DNA of 63,710 nt, counting the filler, from Octopus bimaculoides (Eukaryota): NCBI RefSeq assembly GCF_001194135.2. It is 5 parts of 5 records of this genome, joined end to end, with 100 filler letters (N's around TTAATTAATTAA, not from the genome) between each part and the next. Parts side by side here need not be neighbours in the genome. Positions count along the whole stretch, not along the records: positions 51,537 to 54,665 come from NW_026308397.1; positions 54,766 to 62,203 come from NC_068984.1; positions 62,304 to 63,710 come from NW_026362452.1; 2 more parts are not named here. The stretch is one strand, 5' to 3'. A program made the position numbers and the translations under genes. The notes under the pieces are model-generated. The model searched no databases and had not been told where the DNA came from. It saw only the letters and a program-made list of their open reading frames with translations. Positions within the stretch are counted from its first letter, which is position 1, and every line of letters starts with the position of its first letter. This document shows positions 51,437 through 63,710 of this stretch, one piece after another.

Positions 51437-53617
51437 NNNNNNNNNNNNNNNNNNNNNNNNNNNNNNNNNNNNNNNNNNNNTTAATTAATTAANNNNNNNN
51501 NNNNNNNNNNNNNNNNNNNNNNNNNNNNNNNNNNNNTATATTATACACGATAATAATTCTTTCAGGTCACCGTCTTTCGTCCCACAAAAATTATTCTTTC
51601 TACTATCGGCATAGGCCTGGAATTTGTGCGGAGGGAGGGGGGAGTCTGGTCAATTATATCGACCCAGTGCTTAACTGGTACTTATTTTCTCGACCCGAAA
51701 AAGATGAGAGGCAAAGTCAACCTCGGCAGCATTTGAACTCAGAACGTCAAAGTCTGGAAGAAATGCGACTAAGCATTTTATCCGACACGCTAACGATTCT
51801 GTCAGTTCAGCACCTTCAACAGGAAAAAATCATAAATTTGGAAATATAATCCGCACCAGTCGCCAAACGAAATCGAATGAGTGCCGGAAGCAGTGGTTAC
51901 AAATGATGAACGAGTAGATAACCTAGGGGACGACGTTCCTCTGATTTTCAGTTTTAGGGTGAAGGGTTTCTAGATCTAACCCACCCCACTCCTTCCCAAC
52001 CTCAACCACACAGATTTTAGCTTAACCCTTAGTTCCTTAAAACTCATTTCTGTCACTAGACGTGGGTGAGAACCAAGAGGGAAACCAAAAATAACCAGTG
52101 TATTTGACAACTGTGACACACACACACACAGTTTTACACACACATACACTCGCTCAGAACTAAGCACACACACACACATACACATACACTCACACAAAGC
52201 AATGCACACACACACATACACACAGAGAAAAATATTTACACAGATGCATAGTTATATACACACATACATGCACAGGTATACATACGCTCAGCTATACTCA
52301 TACACACACACACATACACATATGCACACAAACACACAAATATAGATGCATAGTTATATACACACATATACATGCACAGCTATACACACACTCAGCTATG
52401 CGGACGCCCATGCAAATACACACATACACACATGTACACACAATTATGTACGCACATGGTTATATACACGCGCATATACACACAGCTATATACACACTCA
52501 GTTATGTACGCACACACACACTCNNNNNNNNNNNNNNNNNNNNNNNNNNNNNNNNNNNNNNNNNNNNNNNNNNNNNNNNNNNNNNNNNNNNNNNNNNNNN
52601 NNNNNNNNNNNNNNNNNNNNNNNNNNNNNNNNNNNNNNNNNNNNNNNNNNNNNNNNNNNNNNNNNNNNNNNNNNNNNNNNNNNNNNNNNNNNNNNNNNNN
52701 NNNNNNNNNNNNNNNNNNNNNNNNNNNNNNNNNNNNNNNNNNNNNNNNNNNNNNNNNNNNNNNNNNNNNNNNNNNNNNNNNNNNNNNNNNNNNNNNNNNN
52801 NNNNNNNNNNNNNNNNNNNNNNNNNNNNNNNNNNNNNNNNNNNNNNNNNNNNNNNNNNNNNNNNNNNNNNNNNNNNNNNNNNNNNNNNNNNNNNNNNNNN
52901 NNNNNNNNNNNNNNNNNNNNNNNNNNNNNNNNNNNNNNNNNNNNNNNNNNNNNNNNNNNNNNNNNNNNNNNNNNNNNNNNNNNNNNNNNNNNNNNNNNNN
53001 NNNNNNNNNNNNNNNNNNNNNNNNNNNNNNNNNNNNNNNNNNNNNNNNNNNNNNNNNNNNNNNNNNNNNNNNNNNNNNNNNNNNNNNNNNNNNNNNNNNN
53101 NNNNNNNNNNNNNNNNNNNNNNNNNNNNNNNNNNNNNNNNNNNNNNNNNNNNNNNNNNNNNNNNNNNNNNNNNNNNNNNNNNNNNNNNNNNNNNNNNNNN
53201 NNNNNNNNNNNNNNNNNNNNNNNNNNNNNNNNNNNNNNNNNNNNNNNNNNNNNNNNNNNNNNNNNNNNNNNNNNNNNNNNNNNNNNNNNNNNNNNNNNNN
53301 NNNNNNNNNNNNNNNNNNNNNNNNNNNNNNNNNNNNNNNNNNNNNNNNNNNNNNNNNNNNNNNNNNNNNNNNNNNNNNNNNNNNNNNNNNNNNNNATAAA
53401 AGATTACCTCTTTTTCGATTTTGCGTCGTTTCGGGTTACGCTTTTCTTTTCGACTTCACGTCGTTATTTTTTTGTTAAGAAAGTAATGGAAAGAAAAACA
53501 CCTCTACTTACGTCGATTTACCCCACTTAACGTCGGTCCCAGCATAACAAAAATTTTTTTAATGCCTAAAAAAACCAATACAGAAATGGAAAATCAAATA
53601 AAATACATATGAAAATA

Positions 53618-53975
53618 TAGGCGCAGGCGTGATTGTGTGATAAAAAGCTTGCTTCCCAACCACATGGTTCCGGGTTCAGCCCTACTGCGTGGCACCTTGG
53701 GCAAGTATCTTCTACTATAGCCTCGGCCGACCAAAGTGAGAGGATTTGATAAACAGAAACTGAAAGAAGCCTGTCGTATATGTGTGTGCCCACCACCACC
53801 ACTTGACAACCGGTGTGGGTGTGTTTACGTAACTTAGCAGTTCAGCACAAGATCGATGGAATAAGTACCAGGCTTTGAGAATGTACTGGGGTCGATTCAA
53901 TTCGACTAAAAATTCTTCAAGGCAGTGCCCCAGCATTGCCGCAGTCTAATAGCTGAAACAAGTAAATGATAAAAG
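53618..53975 (+). mobile_element. tRNA-derived SINE 'family A', full length (head - microsatellite linker - tail)
   Basis: TAGGCGCAGGCGTG..GTGTG..AGCTTGCTTCCCAACCACATGGTTCCGGGTTCAG..CCTTGGGCAAG.. then tail ending GAAACAAGTAAA. Further full or partial copies at about 8985-9430, 12215, 23525, 23740, 27900, 28410, 28655, 31520, 32000, 33215, 36030, 36885, 40910, 42220, 44070, 45665, 49570, 54340, 57042, 57417-57820 and 59525. Confidence 0.88.
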
Positions 53976-54622
53976 CTATGTACGGACCTTGGCTAAAATA
54001 AAAGAGTAGGGCACCACTTTATCGTGCAGTCTACTTGACCCGCGACACTTTAGCATGCAGTGTATCCCTAACCCCTAACTCTAATCGTAACACTCATCCT
54101 AACCCAGATCAGGTCATTTCACAGCGTAGACTAGGGATTCTGTAGCAGCCCGCACCCCCAAAGTAACACAAAGTGTGGTACCTGTTCTTATGAGTTTAAT
54201 ACCTAATACTGTTCCTATCTGCGGCCATCACGGGTTGGCCTGGTATCGCAATACTTCCAGCATTCGGCCCGTCTCCTCAGCCAGTCTCTTCATGCCCAGC
54301 ACAGCGACAGTCTGAAATAAGTAAAAATAACCATTTACTGAAACGAGATACTCGCTTTTTTTTAGTTTTTAATTGCTTCAGTCTTTGCGCTCCGCCTTGA
54401 AGAGTTTCTCGTTAAATGAATCTACTTTTCTCTTCTCTCTTTTTCTCTTTTTTTTTTCCTTTTTTTTTTTTTTTTTTGAAGCCTGGTACTTATTCTATCG
54501 ACTCTCTTTTGCTGAACCGCGATGTTTCGGAGACATTAACACACCATCGATTGCCAAACGGTGGTGGGCAACACAGATACACACACACACACACACTTAT
54601 ACATGCATACATGCATACATAC

Positions 54623-54665
<43 letters not shown>

Positions 54666-55280
54666 NNNNNNNNNNNNNNNNNNNNNNNNNNNNNNNNNNN
54701 NNNNNNNNNTTAATTAATTAANNNNNNNNNNNNNNNNNNNNNNNNNNNNNNNNNNNNNNNNNNNNATATATATATATATATATATATATATGGATGCGTA
54801 TGTGTATATGTATATATATGTAGGTAAATGGCTATGTATATAGACAAGTAGATATACAGATAGATAGGTACATAGGTTATACGGACGGACAGACAGGCAC
54901 ACACACACACATACAAATGAAAACTGAAACACATGACCAAATACATACATACACACTTCACACAAGGACACATACAGAGACATGTCCACACATAACAGAT
55001 GCACATACATAATCACACATAATGACACAGACACACTCAAACATACATACACAAGGAGACAGAGGTTCTTCACGCAAATACACACATAAAAACATGAACA
55101 CACAAGCACATGGACATGCAGAATACATACATCTGCATATGCATTCACACAAACAAACAAAAAGAATGCAGTTCCGATAGCGAACAGAGTCAATGGTTAT
55201 TGAAAAGGTTGCAAGACGCAACAAAAATTTTAGTAAAAATAAATAAGTAAATGAGTGGAAATCGGTGAGTGTTAGATTAA

Positions 55281-55600
55281 TCTCCATATATATAAAACTG
55301 AGAATGTGTCTGTCTATTTGTGTGCATCACTAAAACTTGAAAACTACCCAACTGATTTCACTCAAATTTTAAACATGCCCTACTTAGGGTCCATGTAGTG
55401 TCATGGGTCCCAAAAATTTTCAACTTCTTGCCTAATGTGAGCCAAGAGCAATCTCTTATTTCTTACACTATTTTAGTATTACGTATCAAAAGTGAAATAA
55501 TAACATCTCCATTGTAATGTGAGATAATACTTTCAGTTTTAATAGTTTCACTATTAATACGGAAACTTAAAAATGAAGCTATTATCTCACTTACATATAT
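55281..55600 (+). mobile_element. Helitron-like non-autonomous repeat 5' portion
   Basis: Begins TCTCCATATATATAAAACTGAGAATGTGTCTGTCT..., the TC + (TA)n AAAA start typical of non-autonomous Helitron-type repeats; 3' hairpin/CTAG not visible (gap). Confidence 0.4.
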
Positions 55601-55632
55601 ACATGCATATATATATACTCATTTATTATTTG

Positions 55633-55664
<32 letters not shown>

Positions 55665-56059
55665 NNNNNNNNNNNNNNNNNNNNNNNNNNNNNNNNNNNN
55701 NNNNNNNNNNNNNNNNNNNNNNNNNNNNNNNNNNNNNNNNNNNNNNNNNNNNNNNNNNNNNNNNNNNNNNNNNNNNNNNNNNNNNNNNNNNNNNNNNNNN
55801 NNNNNNNNNNNNNNNNNNNNNNNNNNNNNNNNNNNNNNNNNNNNNNNNNNNNNNNNNNNNNNNNNNNNNNNNNNNNNNNNNNNNNNNNNNNNNNNNNNNN
55901 NNNNNNNNNNNNNNNNNNNNNNNNNNNNNNNNNNNNNNNNNNNNNNNNNNNNNNNNNNNNNNNNNNNNNNNNNNNNNNNNNNNNNNNNNNNNNNNNNNNN
56001 NNNNNNNNNNNNNNNNNNNNNNNNNNNNNNNNNNNNNNNNNNNNNNNNNNNNNNNNNNN

Positions 56060-56100
<41 letters not shown>

Positions 56101-56219
56101 GTACGTTATACGTATATATATATATATATGACACTGCTTGTATGACAGCAACACTTGTTTACAATCAGTATGGAATGTGAAGACAAAGAAACACAAACAT
56201 ACACTCATACTCACAGATA

Positions 56220-56990
56220 TCATCATCATCATCATCATCATCATCATCTTTTAATGCTTGTTCTCCATGCTGACTTGGGTTGGACAGTCTGACAGGAGTT
56301 GGCTAGCTGAAGAGCTACTTGGGCTCTATTTATCTGTTTTGGCATGGCTTCTATATTTGAATGTCCCCTCTTAATGCCAACCACTTTACAAAGTGAACTG
56401 GTTGGATTTACATGGCACCAGCATGGGTGCTTTTATGTGGCACTAGCACAGGTACTTTTACATGACACTCACACGAGTACTTTTGTGTGACTTCAGCACC
56501 CACAAGCCCACAAGACTAGGATCTCTTGGCTGAGACAGGAATTTAAGGGACATGCCTATATGCATGAACAACCACAATTTTACTTAGCTCAGCATGTCTT
56601 TTCAAGCACAATAAGCCACCAGAAGTCTCAGTCCCTTGTCATCTCCTCTGTGAGACCCAACATCTGAAAATCCTTTCTCACCACTTCATCCTATGTTTTT
56701 CTGGGTCTACCCCTTTTACATGTTCTCTCTACAATTAGAGATCAGCACTTCTCTCCCTTGCACATTACATCTGATGCTTCTTCCTGACACAAAACCAAAC
56801 TATATCTCATCTAGGCTAACTGTCTTTCTGATTAATTGACCCTTTCTGTAACTTTCATCCACTGGTCCAGCAATTTGATCCCTCTGTAATTATTTCTGTA
56901 ACAGTTGACTATAATGCTGCTACACCAGTCATTGGGTATGACTGCTTCATGGATAACCTAATTAACTATACAGGTGACTAGGCCATATCC
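56220..56990 (-). mobile_element. RTE LINE, internally deleted (RT N-part, ORF2 end, 3' UTR, (GAT)n tail)
   Basis: VIPNDWCSSIIVNCY..NNYRGIKLLDQWMKVTERV; DEVVRKDFQMLGLTEEMTRD..IVLEKT; tail (CAT)n at 56218-56247. Confidence 0.85.
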
Positions 56991-58285
56991 CACTCTGCCA
57001 GATATTTTAAGCATCTTAGCAGTGATTCCTGATGAGCCACATACAAGGCTTCGGTTAGCCTGGGGCTATAGTAGAAAACACTTACCCAAGATGTCATGCA
57101 GTGGGATTGAACCAAAACCAAGTGGTTGGGAAGCAAACTTCTTAACCACATAGCCATGCTTGTGCCTCTATAAACATCAAAAATTTATAATATTTGAGAA
57201 ATAATTAAAATCCTAATTAATAAACATTTGTTTCAAAGGCAGTAGACTAATTTTTACAATTCACACGGAACTATGTGACAAAATCAAAGCAGAAAAAAGA
57301 TATAATGGTTATTTATTGCATCCATAAGGAATCATCACTCTTAAAAGCTTAATATCGCATGGATTTAGAAAGGGTCCATTAAAATATTAGATCTGATCCT
57401 AGAAAAGGTCCACTAATAGGTGCAGGAGTGGCTGTGTGGTAAGTAGCTTGCTTACCAATCACATGGTTCCGGGTTCATTCCCACTGTGTGGCACCTTGGG
57501 CAAGTGTTTTCTACTATAACCTCGGGCCGACCAAAGCCTTGTGAGTGGATTTGGTAGACGGAAACTGAAAGAAGCTTGTCGTATGTATATATATATATAT
57601 ATNNNNNNNNNNTGTCCCCCCCAACATCGCTTGACAACTGATGCTGGTGTGTTTACGTCCCTGTAACTTAGTGGTTCGGCAAAAGAGACCGATAGAATAA
57701 GTACTAGGCTTATAAAGAATAAGTCCTGGGATCGATTTGCTCGACTAAAAGCGGTGCTCCAGCATGGCCACAGTCAAATGGCTGAAACAAGTAAAAGAGT
57801 AAAAAGAGTAAAAGAGAGTAATACAGTAATTACTAGGACTGTAATCTTAGAGACTAATGAAGAATATTGTTCAGAATAAGGACAGAAAGAGTTACAAATG
57901 ATTTGAGTAATGTGCAAGGAAACGAGGACTAAGAAGTTGCTAAATACAAGAGAAATGAAAATGGTTAGCAAAAAGCTGCAATTGGATTACTGAAACCTTT
58001 TTTTTGATGAAATCAGGAACATGAAAAGAACTTTAATGTCTAGCTTGACCTACTCTATAAAGTCGCAGCCACTTGTTCTCTCATCAGTTAATTTTGAAAT
58101 TGAGAATCAATAGAAAACAAGGTTTCCTTTTCTTGATTTTTTATTCAAAGAACATAAATATTGCATATATAGTTATCATGATACTTGGTGTCAGAGAAAA
58201 CTCAGATATTTGCTAGGAGAGTTTGGAGGGGGAAAAAAGTAAAAAAGGTTTACAAAATGAATGGCATATCAGTTTTTGTAAAGAG

Positions 58286-58327
<42 letters not shown>

Positions 58328-59110
58328 TGAAAAGGATTTATATGCACAGTATTGGTAGTTGAGGTTGAATATCAACTGAAACTCTTGTCGAATTAGAAAG
58401 TTAAAAATGAAACTAAATGCAATCTTTCACCCTTCATTTCTCACATGTGATGATGATGTGACCAACCAGACTATCAGATGTTGTTACACATTGCTGGTCA
58501 CCATGCACTTCGCATCGCTTTAGCCATTGAACGACGCCACCCTTCTAGCTAGGTAAGCATCCCAACATTGTCCCCTGATCAGAAAGTGGAACAGGAACAA
58601 TGTGAAATGAAGTGTTTTGCCTGAACTGGGAATTGAACCCACCATCTAGTGATTGTGAGCTTATTGCTATTGACAGACACATTACTGAACAGTGCTGGTG
58701 CGCAATGTTTCATTACCCACCTGGAGAAAGATGAACTTCATGACACTGACTCGACTTAGGCACACTAATATGAAATCAAAAGTATTTGTCCCTAGAACCC
58801 AGTGCATTATGGAACCATTATTACATATATGTGTGCACACACATACACACGGTGATATTTCATCATCATCATCACAATGTCAGTCTTTCATGCCGGTATG
58901 GGTTGGATGGTTTGACAGGATCTAACAAGTCTGAGGACTACATCATGCTCCAGTGTCTACTTTGGCATGGTTTCTACAACTGGTTGCCCTTCTTAATGAA
59001 AACACAGCATGCACAACTTACTTTTATCATGGTACCATTGTCTACCCACCCCACCCCACCCCACAAAACAAAACGAAACTCACACCTCAATATACAAAGT
59101 AGACATATAT

Positions 59111-59148
<38 letters not shown>

Positions 59149-59155
59149 ATCTCAC

Positions 59156-59307
59156 CAACAAAGCTCTTTTATTGGTCTCATTCTTGCCATACTGTCTCCG
59201 TAACTGCAGGCTCATCCCCTGAAGCTCACGACCAAATTGTAGCATCTTCTCGATTGCTGCTTGACTACCACCGCACAGCTGTCGCTTCTGCGAGGGGGAA
59301 TCCACTT
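59156..59307 (-). CDS. RANBP9: RanBP9/RanBP10 orthologue, internal exon: start of CRA domain
   Basis: (E)[50 protein letters not shown] matches RANBP9 [35 protein letters not shown]. Acceptor attctgcag|AAGTG (phase 1, compatible with the preceding exon); donor TTGTTG|gtgaga at 59156/59155 (phase 0). Confidence 0.94.
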
Positions 59308-59939
59308 CTGCAGAATAGATATCTTATGCATGATAACAATCAGCGAAGCTTTATTCTAGAAAGTAACTAACCTACACAATGCATATAAAACTTTGTCCCA
59401 TTTGTATTTTACAACAACTTTAATTAAGAAATGAGAATTCAATGAATAATGAGAATTTTCTTTCAGGATTTCATCCTTATTAGAAACAGATTGATTACTG
59501 AATCATTTTGTTTTTTAATCATGTATACAGGCACAGGTGTGGTTGTGTGTTAAGAAGTTTGTGTCTCAACTACATGGTTCCAGGTTCTGTCTCACTACAC
59601 AGCACCTTGAGCAAGTTTCTTCTATTATAGCCTTGGACTGATCAAAACCTTTTGAGTAGATTTGGTACATGCAAATTTGACTAAGCCCTTCATGGCAGTG
59701 CCCCAGAATGGCCACAGTCCAGTGATTGACACAAGTAAAAAACAAAAGACATAACAACTTGAAACCTTTCTGTCTAAAAATATTTGGTATCAGAAATAAA
59801 ATCGATTTGCAAAATATTGGAAAAAGGTGTTTTTGACTACAGCAGACCCACAAAATTAAAACCTTATTACTCTCTAACCATAGTTGTGAATAAATAAATG
59901 AAAATAAAAAAAAGAAAAAAAGAAACTGTAAGCACTCAC

Positions 59940-60512
59940 CCATGTCTTCTGTATCATCATAATCATCACATGTATTTCCATTAGCATATGTAACTTCAGC
60001 AGTACCATTGCTCATGGTACCATTTCCTGAGGAGGAGAGCCCATCACTCATTTCAACGTCTTCATTTTCAATAAGTCTTGATGGGACATTGTTATTGTTG
60101 CTTCCATTCATGGCAGCATTAGCAGCATTCATGTCTGACTCAGACAATGCTTGGGGATCGTTATTTTGGGGACAGCCAGAACTGTGCCCTTTGTTAATTA
60201 GATTTCTATTTGGGCTATTGCCAGTGGAAACAGACTGTTGTGTCACAGACCTATGAGCTAAATAACTGTAGCCACTACCGTGATGACTAGGACTCATACT
60301 TGGACTGGAACGGCTGCTTCCACCATGGGATTTGGGACTTCGGATTGCGGCACCTCGCACTTCACTGTCCGTGCCGTTGACCATTTCGATAAACTGTCTA
60401 CATTTGAGCATAAATAGTAAGTTGGCTCGTCTTTCCAACAATCCTGGGTAAAGCTGGTGTGTTGTGTCGATTGCTTCACCCATACGACCAGCAAGAACCA
60501 GCTTTTGTATTT
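59940..60512 (-). CDS. RANBP9: RanBP9/RanBP10 (RanBPM) orthologue, internal exon: CTLH domain plus Ser/Asn-rich linker
   Basis: Translates as [53 protein letters not shown]..., recognisable as the RANBP9/10 CTLH motif ([52 protein letters not shown]). Acceptor ttcattgtag|AAATACAA at 60513/60512; donor GACATGG|gtgagt at 59940/59939; 573 bp, phase 1-1. The N- and C-terminal extensions of the ORF-track entry 59566..60597 are intronic. Confidence 0.96.
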
Positions 60513-62171
60513 CTACAATGAAGTAAAGAAAACCCCATTTTAAAATAAAGAAGACAGGAACTGATGGTAGACAATTTCTATTTATATATAAATACAAAAC
60601 CAGGAAGGAGCTTTCTTTTGATTATAAAAAAAAAAAAGAAAAAAAACAGTGGAGTTAAAAATTTACATTTATTGAGTGCAATTAATATTTTCTTTATTGG
60701 AGAAACAATTCTTCTTGGTTATTGATTCACTAGTATACTTTATTTATACAGTAATCACCAATATATTGATTTTGGCTATGTAACAGCACCAATTTCTGAG
60801 AAGCAATAGTGTGTAAAGTTTAATAAAATGCCTTAAGTGATTAAAGTGTTTGGTTGTGTTTATATAAATACAACCTTCTAATCCAATCGGTTAATTTTCC
60901 TTGATAAGGAACGCAGAATACCAATCAGGAATAATTTATCATTTGTCCCTATGTGAGAACAGGAAAAGAATACTCAACAATCACCTGTAAAAATCTGAGT
61001 GCAGCTTCAATTTCCAATAGAAATATATATCATTAACAATGACATACATAGTCATTCTTAATACGTTCTGATAGAGTCAAGCACGAATATGCTAATTACT
61101 TTTGTATTTAGTCTTCAGAGAACAACTACTTTCAGACAATATGTGCTCGCAACACACTCAATTCACTGAAGGAGAAGGATGTTGGGACAGTGTTTTGGCC
61201 TGGTTGTGTTTCTTTGGTCAAAGCTAGCCTTGAATCAATAAATCTAAACAAGGGTTTTGACTCTTGTTTATAGACTGCAACAAACAAATTATTTGCTGAT
61301 GCATGCAGATGCCTGCCAAACTGATAATAAATTGCTATGTTACACAAAGAACAGTGAAAATTAAAACAATGGTATACACATTAATTCTTAATATGTTCTA
61401 CCATCATTTTGATTTCACTGTTCTCCATACACAGGACAATTTATTAATATATTATTAAATGTTTTACAAAAATTAGGTACCTTCTCTATTTAATATCATC
61501 AACTATTTGTCCTTAAATATTTTAACTTCTTATTTTGTATTATTCTTTTTTTCTGGTTATTTTGCCTTTTGGTTCTAGAATATGCCCAGTGCAGTTTGAT
61601 ACAATTCTCATTTACAGAATCTGTAAATGCATTTAATTCTAGACTGATCAAAATTTTAATAACTGCTTATCTAAAGATCTGATAAGCTGCTAGGTTTTGG
61701 TTACTTTTATTATATTACAAACATATTAGATCCATGGCAACAATTACTGTGTTATTGTATAAATCCTTTTCTGGATTACGACGACTTGTGTGGACAGAGC
61801 TTAGCATATTTCAGTACTGAGTGGAAGAAAGATAAGATCCTTGCTCAGTATTACAGGGAAGAAAGATAAGATCTATTGTAGGTAGCTTTTCCTGTGGGAA
61901 GAAGTGAAATCCTTTCACTACAAACCAATAAATTCTACAAGCAATGCCACAGTGAAGTCACTAATTACGCAGCAAGATGGATTTAGCCATGGGCATAATG
62001 TAAATGCCAGTGAGAGAATACAAATGATCAATCAGTCATCTTGTTGTCCAACTCTCAATTGACTCACCTATTCATATGAAATTATGATACAAATAATCTG
62101 AAGTTTATTACATTTTATATCATTTGTTGTTTTTGTATCATTACACTATCTACATCATAACAAATACAGTG

Positions 62172-62203
<32 letters not shown>

Positions 62204-62303
62204 NNNNNNNNNNNNNNNNNNNNNNNNNNNNNNNNNNNNNNNNNNNNTTAATTAATTAANNNNNNNNNNNNNNNNNNNNNNNNNNNNNNNNNNNNNNNNN
62301 NNN

Positions 62304-62334
<31 letters not shown>

Positions 62335-63710
62335 TTTAAGGTGACGAGCTGACAGAATCTTTAGCACGCCGGGCAAAATGCATAGCGGCATTTCGTCCGT
62401 TCTCATGTTCAGAGTTCAAACTGCATGGAGGTCGACTTCGTCTTTTATCCTTTCGAGTCGATGAAGTAAGTTCCAGTTGGACACTGGGGTTCGATGTAAT
62501 CGACTTACCCCTCACTCGAAATCACTGGCCGTGTGCCCAATTTTGAAATCAATATTATTATTTTTATTATTATTATTATTATCATCATCATCATCATCAT
62601 CATCATCATTATTATCATTATTATCATTATTATTATGATTATTATTATTATGAAATAAGTACAAGTTACGCACTGGGGTCGATGTAATCGACTAGCCCCA
62701 ACCCCAACCCCACAAATGTCAGACCTTGTGCGTATAGTAGAAAGGATTATTAAATTCTTCAGAGGTTGACTTTGCCTTTCATCCTTTCGGGGTCGATAAA
62801 ATAAGTACCTGTTGAACGCTGTGGTCGATGCAGTCGACTTATCCCCACAAGCTGCCCTTATGACAAAAATTCGCAATAGTAATTATTATTATTATTATTA
62901 AAGTGGCGAGCTGGCAAAATCGTTTGCTAGACGAAAAAAAGGCACAGCTTGATTTCTTCCGGTTTTACGTTCTGAGTCAAAATGCTGCCGTGGTCGACTT
63001 TATAAATACCATCTGAACGCTGAGATCGATATAATCAAACTGCCTCTTCCTCTCAAAATTGCTGCCTTTGGCTAAAATTAGAAAGAAGCATCATCATCAT
63101 CATTATCGTCATCATTATTATTATTATTGAAGACGCATGGACTAGTGGTCAGGGTATTGCACTCACGATCGCGAGATCGTGGTTTCAATTCCTGGAGTGG
63201 GATAGTGTAAAGTGCATACATTTCATCACTATAAACATATCATTTGCGCAGGTCGTTCGGCAAAAGCTGGACATCCATACGTTGTCTTCAACGAGAGAGT
63301 TCATCATTTTTGCGCAAAGCTGCGAGTTGGCAGAATTGTTAGCACACTGGCGAAACGTTTAGCGGTATTTCGTCTGTCTTTACGTTCTGAGTTCAAATTC
63401 TACCGAGGTCGACTTTACCCTTCATCCTTCCGGGTTCGATAAAATAAGTTGCAATTGAGTACTGGAGTCAATGTAATCGACTTATCGCTTTCTCCGAAAT
63501 CACTGGCATTGTACCAAAATTTGAAACCATTAATATTATTGCTATTATTATTGCAAGGTGGCAGAAACGTTAACACGCCGGGCAAAATGTTTAGCGGTAT
63601 TTTACCTGCTGTTACGTTCTGAGTTCAAATTCTACTGAGGTCGACTTAGCCTTTCCTCCTTTTCGGGGTCGATAAATTAAGTACCAGTTGTGTACTGGGT
63701 CGATCTGATC
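62335..63710 (+). repeat. Head-to-tail array of family B SINE copies separated by (ATT)n/(ATC)n
   Basis: At least five same-orientation copies or partial copies (about 62335, 62655, 62900, 63320, 63555). Confidence 0.8.

Noticed and set aside
61132-61347. Minus-strand ORF as an upstream RanBP9 exon
   Set aside because: No similarity to the expected LisH/SPRY sequence (e.g. HHGYC.TAEAF); treated as intronic.

Overview
Eukaryotic genomic scaffold, very AT-rich, saturated with microsatellites and gaps. It is most likely a coleoid cephalopod (Octopus-like); this is inferred from the SINE/LINE families, a mollusc-type 5S pseudogene and the (TA)n/(CA)n/(TATG)n load. The only confidently identified protein-coding sequence is two minus-strand exons of the RanBP9/RanBP10 (RanBPM) orthologue: the CTLH exon plus Ser/Asn linker (59940-60512) and the start of the CRA domain (59156-59307). 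Its upstream exons and the last CRA-domain exons were not found in the window. Almost everything else is transposon-derived: at least four tRNA-derived/SINE-like families, RTE, R4/Dong, CRE-like and Tx1-like LINE remnants, Penelope-like elements, Tc1/mariner remnants and TIR MITEs (hAT-, Kolobok- and Merlin-like, with visible TSDs). Most ORFs in the supplied track are microsatellite or N-gap artefacts. The most notable observations are: a ~720-bp almost loop-free hairpin with an apparent G:U bias; a hammerhead-ribozyme motif with a long stem II insertion in a Penelope-type 3' region; a decayed Naiad-like Penelope RT split by a microsatellite-borne insert; tandem R4/Dong 3' ends embedded in (CATA)n; and a CpG landscape that changes at artificial scaffold linkers. 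All alignments and counts were made by eye; no database searches were run.
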